A DNA stretch of 64,000 nucleotides from Lingula anatina (lineage: Eukaryota; Animalia; Brachiopoda), in NCBI GenBank assembly GCA_051362555.1, contig CM120642.1, positions 6,138,001 through 6,202,000 on the forward strand, read 5' to 3'. A model generated the notes under the pieces. The model saw only the letters and a program-made list of their open reading frames with translations, did not search any database and was not told where the DNA came from. The position numbers were made by a program, and so were the translations under genes. This document shows, in pieces, positions 11,983-25,892 of this stretch. How positions within the stretch are numbered: the first letter of the stretch is position 1; every line of letters begins with the position of its first letter.

Positions 11983-14002
11983 TTAGTACCACCAGCGTGT
12001 ACGCTGGCGGTACTCATGGTTTTAGTCCCGACCCGTCTCGTCCGGCTCCGCCGGCTCCGTAAGCTCCGCCGGCTCCGCGTACTGGCGCCGGATACAAGTC
12101 ACCGTTACCGCTTCTCCTCCTAGACCGCAAGGACCCCTGTCCCCATCTCTTGGATTTAGGTCACATATAACCTCAACTTGAACCCCCAGGTTTTTTTGTC
12201 TCAGTCGGTACATTGACCTGGGCGTGACGCTCCTTGAAATGCACCCTTGTCAAAATTTTTGAAAATTCAATGCCAATTATCTACCCTACGGAAGGAATTA
12301 TGGGAAAATTTTCTACAGACGGCTTTCCAAAAGTCATATGTGTAGATTTCAAATATGCCCTTGGATTTGACCTTTGACCTTTATTTCAAGGTCAAATGGG
12401 CCAAAATTTTCAAAAAAATGAAATTTTTTACGAAAAAAAATATTATTTGCACTGTTATTCAGACACTACACAGACTTAACCAATAATTATATTGGAAAGT
12501 GTTACCCTTTGGGTCATCTTTCATCTCTGTGAATTTGGGGTCAATCGGTGCATTTTCACAGGAGTAGCGGCCATAAAATACCGAAAATGAAAACTGTCTC
12601 TAATTCGGGAACCGTTAATGCTAGCGACCCGTTCTTTTTTGCATTTTGTAGAGCATGTAAAGCCCAACACTGAGAGTGGTCTCCGTTTTTTTGTATTTCA
12701 TACGGTTTTCGTGTTATGCTGTATTAAAAAGTACTTTGTGGTGGCACATTTTTGTAACTCAGAATTGTAACATTTAGTCCCTTATATCTCCAAAACTGGC
12801 AGAGATAGGTCAATAGTTATTATTTAAGTTGAATAGGAAGTCATTTACTTGCAATCTAGATGTGAGCTTGAAATTGACCTTTGACCTACTTTTCACCATG
12901 AACTGAACTTTGCAAATTTTTGTTCCCTTTTATCTCCAAAACTGGCAGAGATAGGTCAATAGTTACTATTGAACTTGAATAGGAAGTCACATACTGGCAA
13001 TTTAACAGTGACCTTAAAATTGACCTTTGACCTACTTTTCACCATGAATTGAACTTTGCCAATTTTTGTTCCCTTTAATCTCCAAAACTGGCAGAGATAG
13101 GTCCATAGTCACTATTAAACTTGAATAGGAAGTCACATACTGGCAATTAATCAGTGACCTTAAAATTGACCTTTGACCTACTTTTCACCATGAATTGAAC
13201 TTTGCCAATTTTTGTTCCCTTTAATCTCCAAAACTGGCAGAGATAGGTCCATAGTTACTATTGAACTTAAATAGGAAGTCATGAACTGGCAATTTACTGT
13301 GACCTTTAAATTGACCTTTGACCTTCCTTTTACTATGAACTGAACTTAGCAAATTTTCGTTCACCTTTATCTTCAAAACTGACAGATAGGTCCATAGTTA
13401 CTATTGAACTTGAATAGGAAGTAATACACTAGCAATCTGTGACCTTGAAATTGACCTTTGACCTACTTTTTATGATGAACTGCTTTTTGCATGTTTTCTG
13501 GCCTTTAAATCTGCAAAATTGGCAAAGAAATGTCCATGGTTGCTATTGAACTTGAATAGAAATTCATATACTATGATATTGAAATTGACCTTTGACCTAC
13601 TTTTTCACCATGAACTGAGCTTTGCATATTTTCTTGCCTCTCATATCTTTAAATCTAGCAGAGATGTGCCCATTGTTTCCCCTAGGTTTTCTCTTTTGTC
13701 AGCATATATGCACCATTGACAACACATTTCAAGGAAAACCAATAGGCCTTTTGTCTAGAGAATACAGTAGTGAGCAAGGGTAGGAAAATGCAAGTCAATT
13801 TGAAAATCTGCTTGATTGTATCATTTTTAGTTATATTTTTTGCATATTTTGAGAACTCTTGTTGATTGCATCTTATAGAGCTTGTCAAACACCAGACTGG
13901 TGATGGTGTCCCTTTTAGGAGGGGGGGGGTCCATACGAATGCGCTTACTCCAGCTGGTGGTACAATATCTGGAGGCGGTATCGCCTCTCTGATCCTCTAG
14001 TT
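11983..14002 (+). mobile_element. Non-autonomous Helentron/HINE (DINE-1-like) element carrying an internal 146-bp tandem array
   Basis: 5' inverted repeat AGTACCACCAGCGT-gt-ACGCTGGCGGTACT (11985-12014), a following GGCTCCG/CCG microrepeat, central tandem repeats, 3' subterminal repeat GCTGGTGGTAC (13953-13963), a short hairpin GAGGCG-GTAT-CGCCTC and a CTAGTT end. Confidence 0.72.
12775..13660 (+). repeat. Tandem satellite-like array, about 146-bp unit, about 6 copies
   Basis: TCTCCAAAACTGGCAGAGATAGGTC recurs at 12787, 12933, 13079 and 13225, with a variant at 13370 and degenerate copies after; AAATTGACCTTTGACCT is present in each unit. Confidence 0.92.
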
Positions 14003-15153
14003 GAAATCATGAAATTACTTTGAATATAATATGTATTTTGAATCATGACCAGTTTTTCCCCTTCTTTTTCCTTTTTTCTGTATTCAGATGTTCCTTTGTG
14101 TTGTGCTATTATGTTACTGTATCAGTGTATGCAGTGCAGTTGGCCTTTAGTTGTATAGGGGGCAGCACCTCACACTGTTGTATATCTGGTTACTGTCTGT
14201 CTGTATGGATCTGAAACTTTTTGGCTTGAGCCCATCCTGCACATTCGGAACATTAGATCTTTCTTTTTGAGGTGCTATTTTCACATGATTATTATTCTAG
14301 GGAAATTGATTTAATTAATTTTGTTTGACTTTAATAGGTGATAACTTAATTTTCAAGAATAGAGGAGAAAAAAAGAAAAACTACAAAAATGCCTTGAAGT
14401 GTTCATATGGGCATGCACAGTTTTGGACAATAACCAGCAATATGTCAGAAATTTTGTAAAACAAGAAACAACAACAGGGGATTGAACAAGTTGTATTTGG
14501 ATATTGTCTTGGATACCCATAGCTTGGGAGAAAAATGATACTTCTATTTATCACATAGAAGATGTCTGAGAGTTTTGTTTCTAGAAAAAAAGTGATTGTC
14601 TGTTGGAGATGGCTACACAAAGTCTAGTCAGTCGATAAGATGGCTCACGTCTTCTGTGTGATAGCTTAAAACTTTCTCTGCATACAGTTCACATCATCAG
14701 GCCCTTTTTATGTGATAGCATGGTAAAATATCTGTAAGCAAATCTGGGGTATTGTTGGAATGATTTGAGATGAAAAGACGTAGTTGGGGAAAGAGTTCAA
14801 GAAGTATCTATAGCCTACAGGACAGTTGAAACCTCACTTCTTTGGCATGGTTACAGGTTTTCAGATATGCGATCTTTCATTTTGTAATATCTATAAAAGG
14901 GGTTGCTGTTGCTTTTGCTCTGGCATTTCTATCGCTTGTGGGGCAAAGCTTCGAGTTGCTACCATTTGCATAGAATTTTTTTCATCTCGGCCTGTTTGTA
15001 TGACATGTTTGTCCAGTGGCACTGAAGTCAGTTGACAACATTGCTTACAAAACAAAACTACTCCCAAAGAAAACAGTGAGAGAAGTCTGTGGATACATTG
15101 AGCACATATCTAACAAGAAAATAAGTTTTTTATACTTCGCAATCTGCAGTAGG

Positions 15154-15275
15154 ATGTATCACAGACAGCAGCAGCAGCAGCGGCGGAACTCTGGGGCCTC
15201 CCTGGCAGGGGCGAGGGTGGCCGCGGGGATCTTTGACCACTGGAGGATGTTTGAGGCGAGCCAGGAAGAGGACAG
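15154..15275 (+). CDS. KLHL5: KLHL5-like alternative first coding exon A (MYHRQQQQQRRNSGASLAGARVAAGIFDHWRMFEASQEEDR)
   Basis: GC-rich patch; tandem acceptor CAG-TAG (15147-15152) just before ATG 15154; donor AG|GTAGGG in phase 2, matching the acceptor at 45551. Confidence 0.65.
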
Positions 15276-18200
15276 GTAGGGAGGAAGGGACAGACTCTCA
15301 CTAATTTTTTTTTTTACCGAATGATAATCACACTTAACTTTGGTAACAAAATTGATTCAAAATAATTTATTATCCATACATTAAGATCCGTATGTTATAA
15401 ATGTGATTCTTTCCACTCATATTTATATAAACATTCTGGATCATTGTCCAGGATGTAGGGGCAAATAAATACATATAAGGAATGTAAAGATGTGAATCCA
15501 TACAGATAAGGACTTAGGACTGGGCTGTAAATTCAATGGACTGCGGCTCTACAAAAAAATAAAATAAAATAAAATAAAATAAATAAAAAATAATAATAAT
15601 ACTATAAAAAAAATAGTTGAACATGGTTCTCTGAGACTATTGAGATTTGGATTCCAAACCACAACTTTTGAAGTTTTCTTGGTTTTTCTGCATTTTTATA
15701 ACGACTTTTTATCAGTAAATAAAGCATCACCATCAGTATTACATTTTGATTGGTAAGACAAATCCAGATCAATCTTTTTAGTATATTTTAGGAGTAGGTT
15801 TTTTTAAAAAAAGAACCTGACCACATAGAAGGCAAATCAATCCTGAAAGCTGGATTGAAACCTAATGGAATAATGTACGCATAGACAGGATTACTTGTCC
15901 ATTTGTCTATTATTTTATTACCAGTAGGATGCCCAGAAGCTTGACATTATAATCGATAGAATCAGAAGACTTGGGTTAGATTTACCAGAGTACTAAACGA
16001 TACTTTCACAAACAGTATTGATTCTAAGTCATCTTTTAGGAAGGGGTGTGAAGTTATCGTTATTTTTTGAAAGCTTTTTTATTGCTAGTGTCATTATTTT
16101 ATAAACTGTATTGATTCAGACAGGAAGCAGTGTGAAAATTATGTTTTTTAGAAAGCTTTTGGGGTGATGTCATAAAATGTTCTGTGGCCAGAGGTTTTTT
16201 GGAAGGAGTTGTGTCACTGAAGGGTGCCAAATTCTCGGTGTTTAAAAGCTCTCTTTTGTTTCAATGACGTAGATGTGCATTAAGCCATTGAAGATGGCTT
16301 TAAGCAACATTGTTTCTGGAAAATTGGGCAAAGAAGAGAAAATAAAAGAATATGGATAGATATAGTGGAGTAGGATGATGGCAAGTGAAGTGAAATACAT
16401 GATTCAGGAAAGAAGTGTTTTTTTTTAGCATTTTTTCATGTATTTCATGTTTTTTTTCTTTTCTTATATAGAAATAAGGTAAACACTCATTTAACTTTTC
16501 ACCATTTTTTCCTTTCTTCCTCAGTCAGTCATTGGTATCAACTATTTTTTCGCTTCACTTCTTGTGTCCCCAGACGATATGTGGTCTTGACAGCCAAAAT
16601 GTTGATGCTTTGGCTTTGTTACCAGAAATTTCTTTGAGGGGAAAGTAGAACTGCGTCCCAAAAGACTGCTCTAAGGAATCATGATGAACTACTTACTGTG
16701 TGGCAGAAAAATCAATTTTCTCCTGGGGATTGATGTACGGGTTTCTTCAATAACCAAGAATAAGTTATGGTAATGGAAAAAACATACATTGTTATTGCTT
16801 ATTGTATCATTGTGATAGCCTTAATAAAGGGCCTTTCTTGTAGATTTCTTTGCCAGCAATTAAAAATGGACAAAGAACTTATTTCGGGAATGAATCAGGA
16901 TGTTGGGGACTCACAAGGGAAAGGGGGAATGGGGAAATTTTCGCGTGAAATGCACCAACTCTTGGGAACTCGAAGTCAGCTTCAGGAGTCTGCACGCGAG
17001 CAAGGAGAACAAAGAAGCTTTCTGTCATGATATTACTCCATCCGTAAGGCTCATTGGATCTCACTTTTGGTGTTCCCAGTATCCCCAAGGACCGAGGCTA
17101 AGCTGATTAGCTCGGGGAAACTGGTGAACTTTAATTGAATAGTGTTGAATAAAATATGTTGGCAATTGTCAGAATTGAACCCAAATTTAATTTGCACAAA
17201 TTTCCAAACCTTAGCTTAGGACAATTGATTGAGAGATGCCTTTTTTTACTGAGGCCTGTGGTGTTTCTCTGAGAGTAGTGGAAAGCTGGTGGGAATCGGA
17301 TTTTAACTACTCTGGCTTGCTTCTTTAATGGGTGGGCAGGCATTAGTCAGGCGGGGCACAGGAGGAAATTGAGGAGAAAAATTCCCACAGAATTCACACC
17401 GGGCTGAAGCAGACTAGATGATGGGTGTAGTTGCCTCGTGTGTGGTAGAATTCTGATGTGGTCTTGTTTTGATTACGCGGGGAAATTCTCTCAGAAGATG
17501 ATGGGGAATTTGGATTGTGGACTGTTGAGGTGCACCAAGTGAGTTTAATTGTTTTCTGATTGAAGTTGCTTGATTTTGATATCAATGAGGTTCAATTCTA
17601 AAATTATTGTTTGTTTTTAATGAAATGTTTGCCCACTTGCATCAGTTCATCTTCAGTTTTTGGAATAAATTACTGGGCTTGCATGGTTGGGGTACCTGAT
17701 TTTCTGTTTTATATTGATCTATTTATTTTTTGCTGTTTATGTAATTGCCAATGTTTTGTCTCATTTGACGGTAGTAACCAGAAAGGTTATTCCCCTGGTC
17801 CTACTTTGGTATTTGTAATGAAGTAGCAAATGTTTAACTTAATTTTATTGAAAATTATAATTGTTGAAATACTGTGATTATCATTTTAGTGATTTCATAC
17901 CTGGCAACTTGAAAACTTCTATTTTTTTTTTTAAGAAGTAGAACTAATTGGCAAAATGTTCCATTTAAAATTTTTTCAAATCTGGAAGGATTTCACATGA
18001 TAATTCTCATTTTTTCTTGAATTTTTCTTTTGACTTACCTTTGACAATTCCTTGATTTATTATAATTGTTATTGATGAATCTCAGACATTTTTGAAATTG
18101 GGGAATGCCTTGTTTGCTGATACCTTTTGCTAATCTGTGTTATGAAGGTGTTAAAATTTGGTTGTAGTTCTGCTTTAATCCAAAAGGGGGCAGCACTTGC

Positions 18201-21200
18201 AATTGTTCCTATACATGAATGAGATCAGGTGAAAAAGATAAGAGTTCTTTGTTTATTTGAACTTATTGGTCCTTTTTTGTTCAAAAATTTGTTTTATAGC
18301 TGCAATATAAAACTTAATCATTAAAAAATATGTGCAGTCATTTTGTGATTGTTATACTGTCATGAAGCAAAAAAAATTTATATGTGTAATCAAATATTTG
18401 TAGTTAATTGTTAAGAAGTAAGAAATAAGGGGTAATACACACTGTTCAGTAAAGATAGTTTGGGCATAGGCTACTACTTCCTGCCAGAAGGCAGCAGGGT
18501 CATGACATAGTTGTGCAAAAATAGTAGCTGGACAAAAATGTGTACAGGCAGTAGATATCCAGAGAAATATCTGTTAATTTATATGTGGCAAGGAATGAAG
18601 GATATGTACATCATTATCACAGACAGATCACCCAGACAGAATAATAGCACTCGTAATAGACCATTAGGGCTCTGATAACTTGTTCTAGTCCTGCAGGTTT
18701 AACGGCCCACTGTCAAAACTGTTTTTGATGCATTGAGATCTAGTAGTCTCGGTTTGTGAAGTATTATGCAGAGGTAGTTCAAAGACAACACATTCAAGAG
18801 CACCAAAAAGAATTTTAAAAAGAGAGGGAGCACTCCTTGGTGATTTATGTGAAGGAAAAAAAACTAGATTCCTTAAAACTGCCTTAAATTATACTTGATA
18901 AATTTATTGGGGTTGTCCCAAGTTAGGCATTTTCAGGGTTGCACTCTTGTAGATATTTCTTCTTATTTATACACATTTGCCTGGTATTTTATGCTTTTTT
19001 TCCACACAATGCATTTGATACCTTTACTAATTACCGATAAAAGAAAAATTACTTGGGATCAGTGGCAGCTGATCAACGAAGTTTTTCTGGTATTACTTAC
19101 TCGCTGCCTTGCATAACCTTGTGGGTCTTCTAATAAGGCAGTAAATATATGTTGTGTGTATGCCATGACAAATTATGGAGCATGTGAACTTATGAAAGAT
19201 TTCACTGGCAATTATGGTTTGGTTTGATCATTATGTAGTTTAAATCCAGAGCTATAAATAAGATCATGACATCTTGGTTATTTCAGTCTTGGATTTCACA
19301 TTACCATGCTGTGTAGAGGGGTTCAGTCATGTAATACAGACACTGATTAATAAAAAATACCTGATGCTTCTGCTTTTTTTATGGATCAGTATTAAATGTT
19401 GATTTACTTTTTCTTTTTTTGCACAGAGATTGTTTAAATTAAATGATATTAATCAGCTTTTGTAACCCTGCATTAATATTCTCATGCCCTCTAGATTTCA
19501 TCCACAATATTTCACCATAATTTTTTCACAGATGTATATTATGTTTATTATTGAAATTCCATAGCACAAATTCTCCCTCTCTCTCTCTCTCTCTACTTTG
19601 CATGTGAAATGATATCCATTGGGATCTAGAACACTTGGACGAGGAAATTATTTCATCTTTGTATCATTTGCTGTGTGCTTCCGACATCCTGATCAGCTGA
19701 ATCAAGTGAACAGAAAGCTTGGCTGGCATACAACTACATTTACAAGTGCTTTCAAGCACCTCTTCCTGTGATGTATCCTGAATGTAGGCTTGAAGTATCA
19801 ACCCTTTGTCTGATGTAAAAGACTTAAAAAATACCAGATGGGTCTCAGTCAAATCATTACTCTTCATCATATTTTGACTTTGTTCTGCCTAGAATCATTA
19901 ATTTTTGTGTGAAAATGGTACCAGAAGTGACGGGCTGAAAGGCAAAGGTGTTTGAGATGAAATTAATCATCTAATCATCTTTTATTATCTTCCATATGTA
20001 TCTGCCACAAATGTCACCTTGGAAAAAAAAAAGAAGAAAAAAAAAAGACAGTGGCAGAGGGACGGAGCAACAAACAAACGGCATATCAAAACATCTTGTT
20101 TATTTTATTTTATTGACTTGTATTTTATGAACCCCTATTTCAACGTGAAAAAACAAGTAATCAAACATTTTTAGGAGATCATGGAATAAGTTGCAAGTTA
20201 ACTTCAATTCAGATCTTGAGGTTTATTATTTCTCAAAACTCTAGACACTGTCTCAAAGAAGTCATCTTTGAATGAACCAAGTGCCCGCATGATGTTGACA
20301 TAAACAGCAGCGATTTGAAGTATTCAGTGGATTTTACACTGCATTAGGGCAATAGGTCTAGTACCACAACTATGGTGCTGGAACAAAAAGAATGTGTTGA
20401 ATATCTGGATTACATGAACAAGCATTATGATTTTTATGAGTGATTGACTTTGGTTCATCATCTGCTTTAAAGATGTCAATGTCAGTGCAGGCATCTTTCA
20501 GTCAAATCCAAATGGAATCTCTCATTCGGCCTAGGTGTGTTCAGACATATTTAGACCTCAACCAATTTAGAGCCAAAACATGTCATCTGTTGACCTTGTC
20601 CAACTTAGATTGAAACTTTTGGTATTTTAGGATCAATCTGCAGTAGTCAATCAAAATTTAAAAAAATAAAAAAAAAATTGTCTGAGACATTTGCCATTAC
20701 TTTCTTTATAAATAGAAAATAGGCACAAATTTCAATGAAGTGGATTAATAAGATTATTCAGTTATTGATCTTGTGTAAAAAGTAGACATGAAATTTTGGT
20801 TTTTAAGTCGAGACCACATTCTTGTCTGAAGTTCCTTTGTGGAAGTTCCCCTAGTACAAGCTAATATAGACATCATAGACTGCCAGATTGGCTTTAAACA
20901 GTTATGTTTGTCAGATATTGAAGGCTACAATAGTTGGGCTGTATGTCTGTGGCGCCAGACTTGAGAGAAGATCTGGTTTTGTAAGTGATAGAGAGGTGTG
21001 ATTACCTGCCGTGCTAAGGTTACATGGGCGTACAGGGCGGGCAGGTACACGTAAGAGGAGAGGTTCTTTTGATGTGAAATAGATATATATACTTCTATGT
21101 GTGGGTTGAGGAGGATGTAAACATACTTATACCTTTCGTTTGATGTTGGAGGTAAAATTACATCATGGCTGTGTTTTAAGAGGCCTGTCGTAGTCAATTC

Positions 21201-24200
21201 TATTTCTTTCCATCCTGGAAAAAAATGATAAAAAGAGGTACATAGTTTATCTTGATGCAATTTTCTGCTTGTCTGAGTGATTTGATTATTATAGTGCTTC
21301 AGTCTGAAGGAAAGATATTGTTATTGTTGACTTGGAGTGATGTCTGCCTCGATAATAATACCTATCTGTACAAGTGCCTACCCATTTAGTCGTCAAAGCT
21401 CTTCAGCCATTTGAGACTGTCACCTCTTACTTGTGGTTTCATTTAACACGAACTTTCCTGCCGGAGATTAAAATCACTGCACCACAAAAACCACAGTTTA
21501 GGGGTGTTTCTCGTGATTTGAGCTGATATTCAAGGCAAAAAGCACAGACTGACACTGATCTTATGCCACAGTTTTGCGACTTTGTTGTGCCGAACATGAC
21601 ATTGGATGCCTGAAGATCCGACTAAGTTGCTGTGACAGACGCTTAATGATACTCTCATGTTTTTGAGATTTAATGCTTAATGATTCTCTCATGTTTTAAG
21701 GTTTTGTTTTGGGTGCAAATGTCTGCATCAGAAAAAGGCAGGAATATTATTTATGCACCTTTTATACAGAATAGATTGCAGGAGAGGCTGAAAAGCTAAA
21801 GAGGTTATCTGAAACAGGAGTTTCTTTGTATTTTGATGAGACTGGCAGCGCATTAATGAATTCATATGTGCTCTGATAGCATGGTAACAATTAAGTTTTT
21901 TTTTCATTTGTAAAAAAGTAAAGCAAGCAAACAAATAGAGAAAGAAATGCACAAGTCGAAGACTGAAAGAAGGTATGAGTAACATTAAAAAGCTGCTTAC
22001 AAGAGAAAAATGTGACCAGCAATTTACACAGATTTTTTTTATAATCAATAATGTTTATATGCTATGAAATAGACTTGATAGGTCTTTGAAGTTGGATCAT
22101 TTTTACTTTGAGACAGTGAAATGAGAAAAAAGTCAATTCCCTTTTTCATGGAAGTCGATCTCTTTTATGAAAAAAAAGGTGTGGCATTGAAAACATAACA
22201 GTTCAGTTTTTCCAAGCCTAATGGTGTAAATTGTCTCATAAGAATTCCCCTTTGTATGCTAAAAGTCCCAGTATCAATCTCTCATTATATATTGATAAAC
22301 TCTACTTTTTTTAGTACATCCTCTTTTGTGTAATATGGAGTGGACTGCTGGTAGTTTCTCCTATGTTTTATGGTGGGGGGAGGGGGGGGGGTGAAATAAA
22401 ATATAGGGTTGGATGGATGTGAAAGCTCTCTATTTGGACCTTTGAGGTCCTGACAGTAATACATAATTTGTATATTAAAAGGAAGAAAAAACATTCAGAA
22501 TGCTTTGACTGTGGTGGAATTGAAATACTAGTACTAGTATATGTAAATGGGGAAACTACACAGGCAGGACTGAAGGGTAGGGAAGGGAAGGGGGTGGGGG
22601 GGGGGGGGAGTTGAAATTGTTTGTTTTGATAGACAAACTCAGTTCAAACCAACTATTATCTTTGCTTCAGTTGTTTGGCAAAAAATAAATAAATAAATAG
22701 ATAAAAAAAAACTTAATAAAAAAACAGTCAAGTCTAAGTGGAATGGAGATGAAATATGTATCAGGCAAACAACAGGGGAAATGACAGTGCAAACATTACT
22801 TTATTTAAAAGTTTATTGATCATACAAGCTTTCCACTTACTTTATGATGCCACTGTTGGAAAGCCAATATTTTCACAAAAAAGTTGAGTAACATGATCAA
22901 TGATTTAACATTGGATGAGATATCTAGATTATGTTGTGAAAAACTGCAGATTAATCCAGATAAATGACAGATGACTTTGTTACATATTTACTAATGGTAG
23001 CTGGTATTTTGCGAATAATATAGCTAATAGATAATTATTCCTCCGTAAGTTTGTTTTTTTATTTAGTGCCATTTTGATTTGGCTGAATATGAAAGAGGGG
23101 GGGGGGGGGTCACTTTCTGGGGACTTGAAATGAATAAAATGATAAAATTGATAGTAATTTGTGTTGATTACTTACATTTTTTGTGTTGATTACTTCTGGG
23201 GTTGTTAACCAGAGAAGTGGGGGTTATAGGTGTGGTCACTAGTGGAAGCATAGTCCTTGTTGTAATGCACATAACAGCAGAGTGTGATAAACGCAAATGA
23301 TGTCAGTTATCGTTATATATCGTCGACCATTTCTTTGCTCACCTTTTCATTCGCAGGTAAGGTTTCCAATAGGTTTTTAATTTAGGGGTAATTTTTGAGT
23401 CAAGCTAATAAATGTGGGGGCCAATTCTAAGATTACTATGAGTCACAATAATAGATATTTGTCATTTACATTAAATTATGCCATTTCAAATGTCTCATAA
23501 ATGTAATCCATGGTGGTATATGATATGCAACAAATGCTACAAATCAGATAAAACGACTTTTGTAAATTACATCCGCTCTCTCATCCATCCATCATTTAAA
23601 TTATTGCCATCATTATCTTCTCTATTATGGATTAGCTAATTATAGGGGCAAATCTTTTTATAAGGGCCCTCTCTGTAATCACTATCCACATGGGAGCCAC
23701 ATCATTATCATCATCATCACCATGTTATCTCACATTCCCATCTGTATCTCCCCCAGGAGAATATTGGACCAGTGCTCAGATTGTTAAATAGGTGTCACTT
23801 TACCAGAGTACAGTTTAAGCAGGTCAGAAAAGTTCTCCCCCTTCACTCAGGCACAAGTCAGCAAAGAGGAGGCATTGTATATAAGCAAGGGGGAGAGGGC
23901 GAAAGAGAAAGGTTCCTTTATTTCCTCATCAAGAATATTGAAGTCTGTACTGCAAGGTGTTACATCTGAGGCTCAGAGATACTGTTGTTGATATAAACAT
24001 TCAGGACTTTTCTCAAGTTGAAGATCATTCCATTCAGGGTCTGGTGCACTTGCTGAAGCTTAGTGTCCTATCTCCTTATAAACATTCCATCGGTTACCAG
24101 CTCCCAGTCCTGGGGCAATTTGACCATTTGATATCTGTAGACAAAGACAGAAAAGGACAGAGATAGTGACACCTTGGAGGGGAAAGGAGATTATATCTGG

Positions 24201-25752
24201 TCATACTAGATGGAGCCGCAGGCTATGGTGCCAGGGTACGGAACAGCTAAATGTTATTGTGAAAAGTAGGGGAAACTTAAGAGAAGATTCAGTTATATTA
24301 CCTTGGTGACAGTTATATTACTTTGGTGGGTATTGTATCAGTGATACAGACAAGCTGGGTGAAGCTTTGAATGAACTGCCTTCAGTTATTTTGTTAGATG
24401 AGAGGAGCTCTGCAGAATTAAGTAAAAAATAGCAAAAAAGTGATTTTTGCCACACTTGCCACAATCAGTACAGGGAAGACAACCAAATCATCAAAGGCAT
24501 AAATCCTAGAATTCACTTTGAAAGATAATGCCCATATATACCTGCAGGCAGGGATATTATAATTACCCTGAAAAAATTAGTCCCATAAATTGATCATCAA
24601 AGATAATTGAGGAATTTATTGGCTCTGCGAACAACTGCTGTGTCATAAAGCGGAGGTGCATGCCTTTCAGTGTGGGAACTCAGTGGAATGACAGCATGAG
24701 CTCTGACATCTCGAGTAAGATTGAGTAATAAGGTCATGTCGCTGACTTCGACTGCGCTGACAGCCACTGGGAAGGAGTAGGACTAGATCTTCACAGCCAC
24801 CTCTGTTGTGGACTATATAGTAATACTGGTGTCAAATCTGGGCTGTTATTGTCAGTTGGTGGTTTATGCCATCCACATCATGGTAATGACCTGCCTGAGG
24901 GGATGATACAGTGTGATGAGCACTGTTTTACTCACAGTGACACAATATTTGAAGTAGAAGTGCCACTGTGTTGATCAGTCATACTCTTAGCATTTGACTA
25001 CTCCCGAATAATTGCACTCTACCCTATTGTACTGAGCAGAGGTGTGTGAAAAATTGACAGCAAGGCTCATTAATGTAGACAGACATACAACTCTAGAGCA
25101 TGGGATTTTTGTGGGTTATAAATTAGGTGAAGTTGGAGGGTCTGGGATAATAACATATCGCAAGTTGGATGATTTTTCTCATAACCAGCCACGCCACAGA
25201 ATCTTGCCAATTTTTTTAATTTATAAGTGTACAATCTAGCACTTGTACTGTTGACAGGAAAATATAGCTGCAGTGGTGGCAGCTCCCAGAGTTGTACAGG
25301 AAATATACAGCTGATTAGTGTTGCCGAGGGCACAGTGACCACGTTGTAGTATTACTGTAGGTGGATTCACCACGGGACAGTGCTGCTGCAGGGAGTTTGA
25401 CGCTGACGGATTGCTCTGTCTGTTCAAGTGGAACCGGGCGATGTAAGAAGGTACTGTGAACAGGAATGACTTGGTGAGTAGGATGTATTAGATCCCTTGC
25501 TCTCCGCGGGAGCCCTATTGAAGGGAGGAATATGATGGAGAAGAGGTAACGCTCAGGAGGAAGCAAGCTGACACTTAGGGCCACAGAAAAGTGGGCTAAA
25601 CTTTCAAAAGCTGATAAAACTAGTGTGGAAATAGGATTGAAGTACAAAGGGAAACACCAACCAGGCATGCTCCCTTTATAGAAACTTCTCTCTCTGTCAA
25701 TTCGTGAGAACAGGATATTTTTTCTTTACATTCCGTCATATGATTTATATGT

Positions 25753-25892
25753 ATGTCTGTATGTATGCCTTCTAAAAAGACCACGCTGCTGGCTGCAGCT
25801 AAGGCTGCCACAGTGGAGAAGAGACAGCCAGCCAGCTACGAGGGGGACGGGAAACCAAGGAGAATGACACTGAACCCTGGGGACGGGATTAG
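25753..25892 (+). CDS. KLHL5: KLHL5-like candidate alternative first coding exon B (MSVCMPSKKTTLLAAAKAATVEKRQPASYEGDGKPRRMTLNPGDGIR)
   Basis: GC-rich ORF ending at donor AG|GTGAGC in phase 2 (140 nt), in frame with exon 45551. Confidence 0.55.

Noticed and set aside
23757-25752. Moderately GC-rich 2-kb region after a candidate acceptor at 23756, considered as coding sequence
   Set aside because: No long ORF in any frame. It could be a long 5'UTR for exon B, but this cannot be supported without transcripts.
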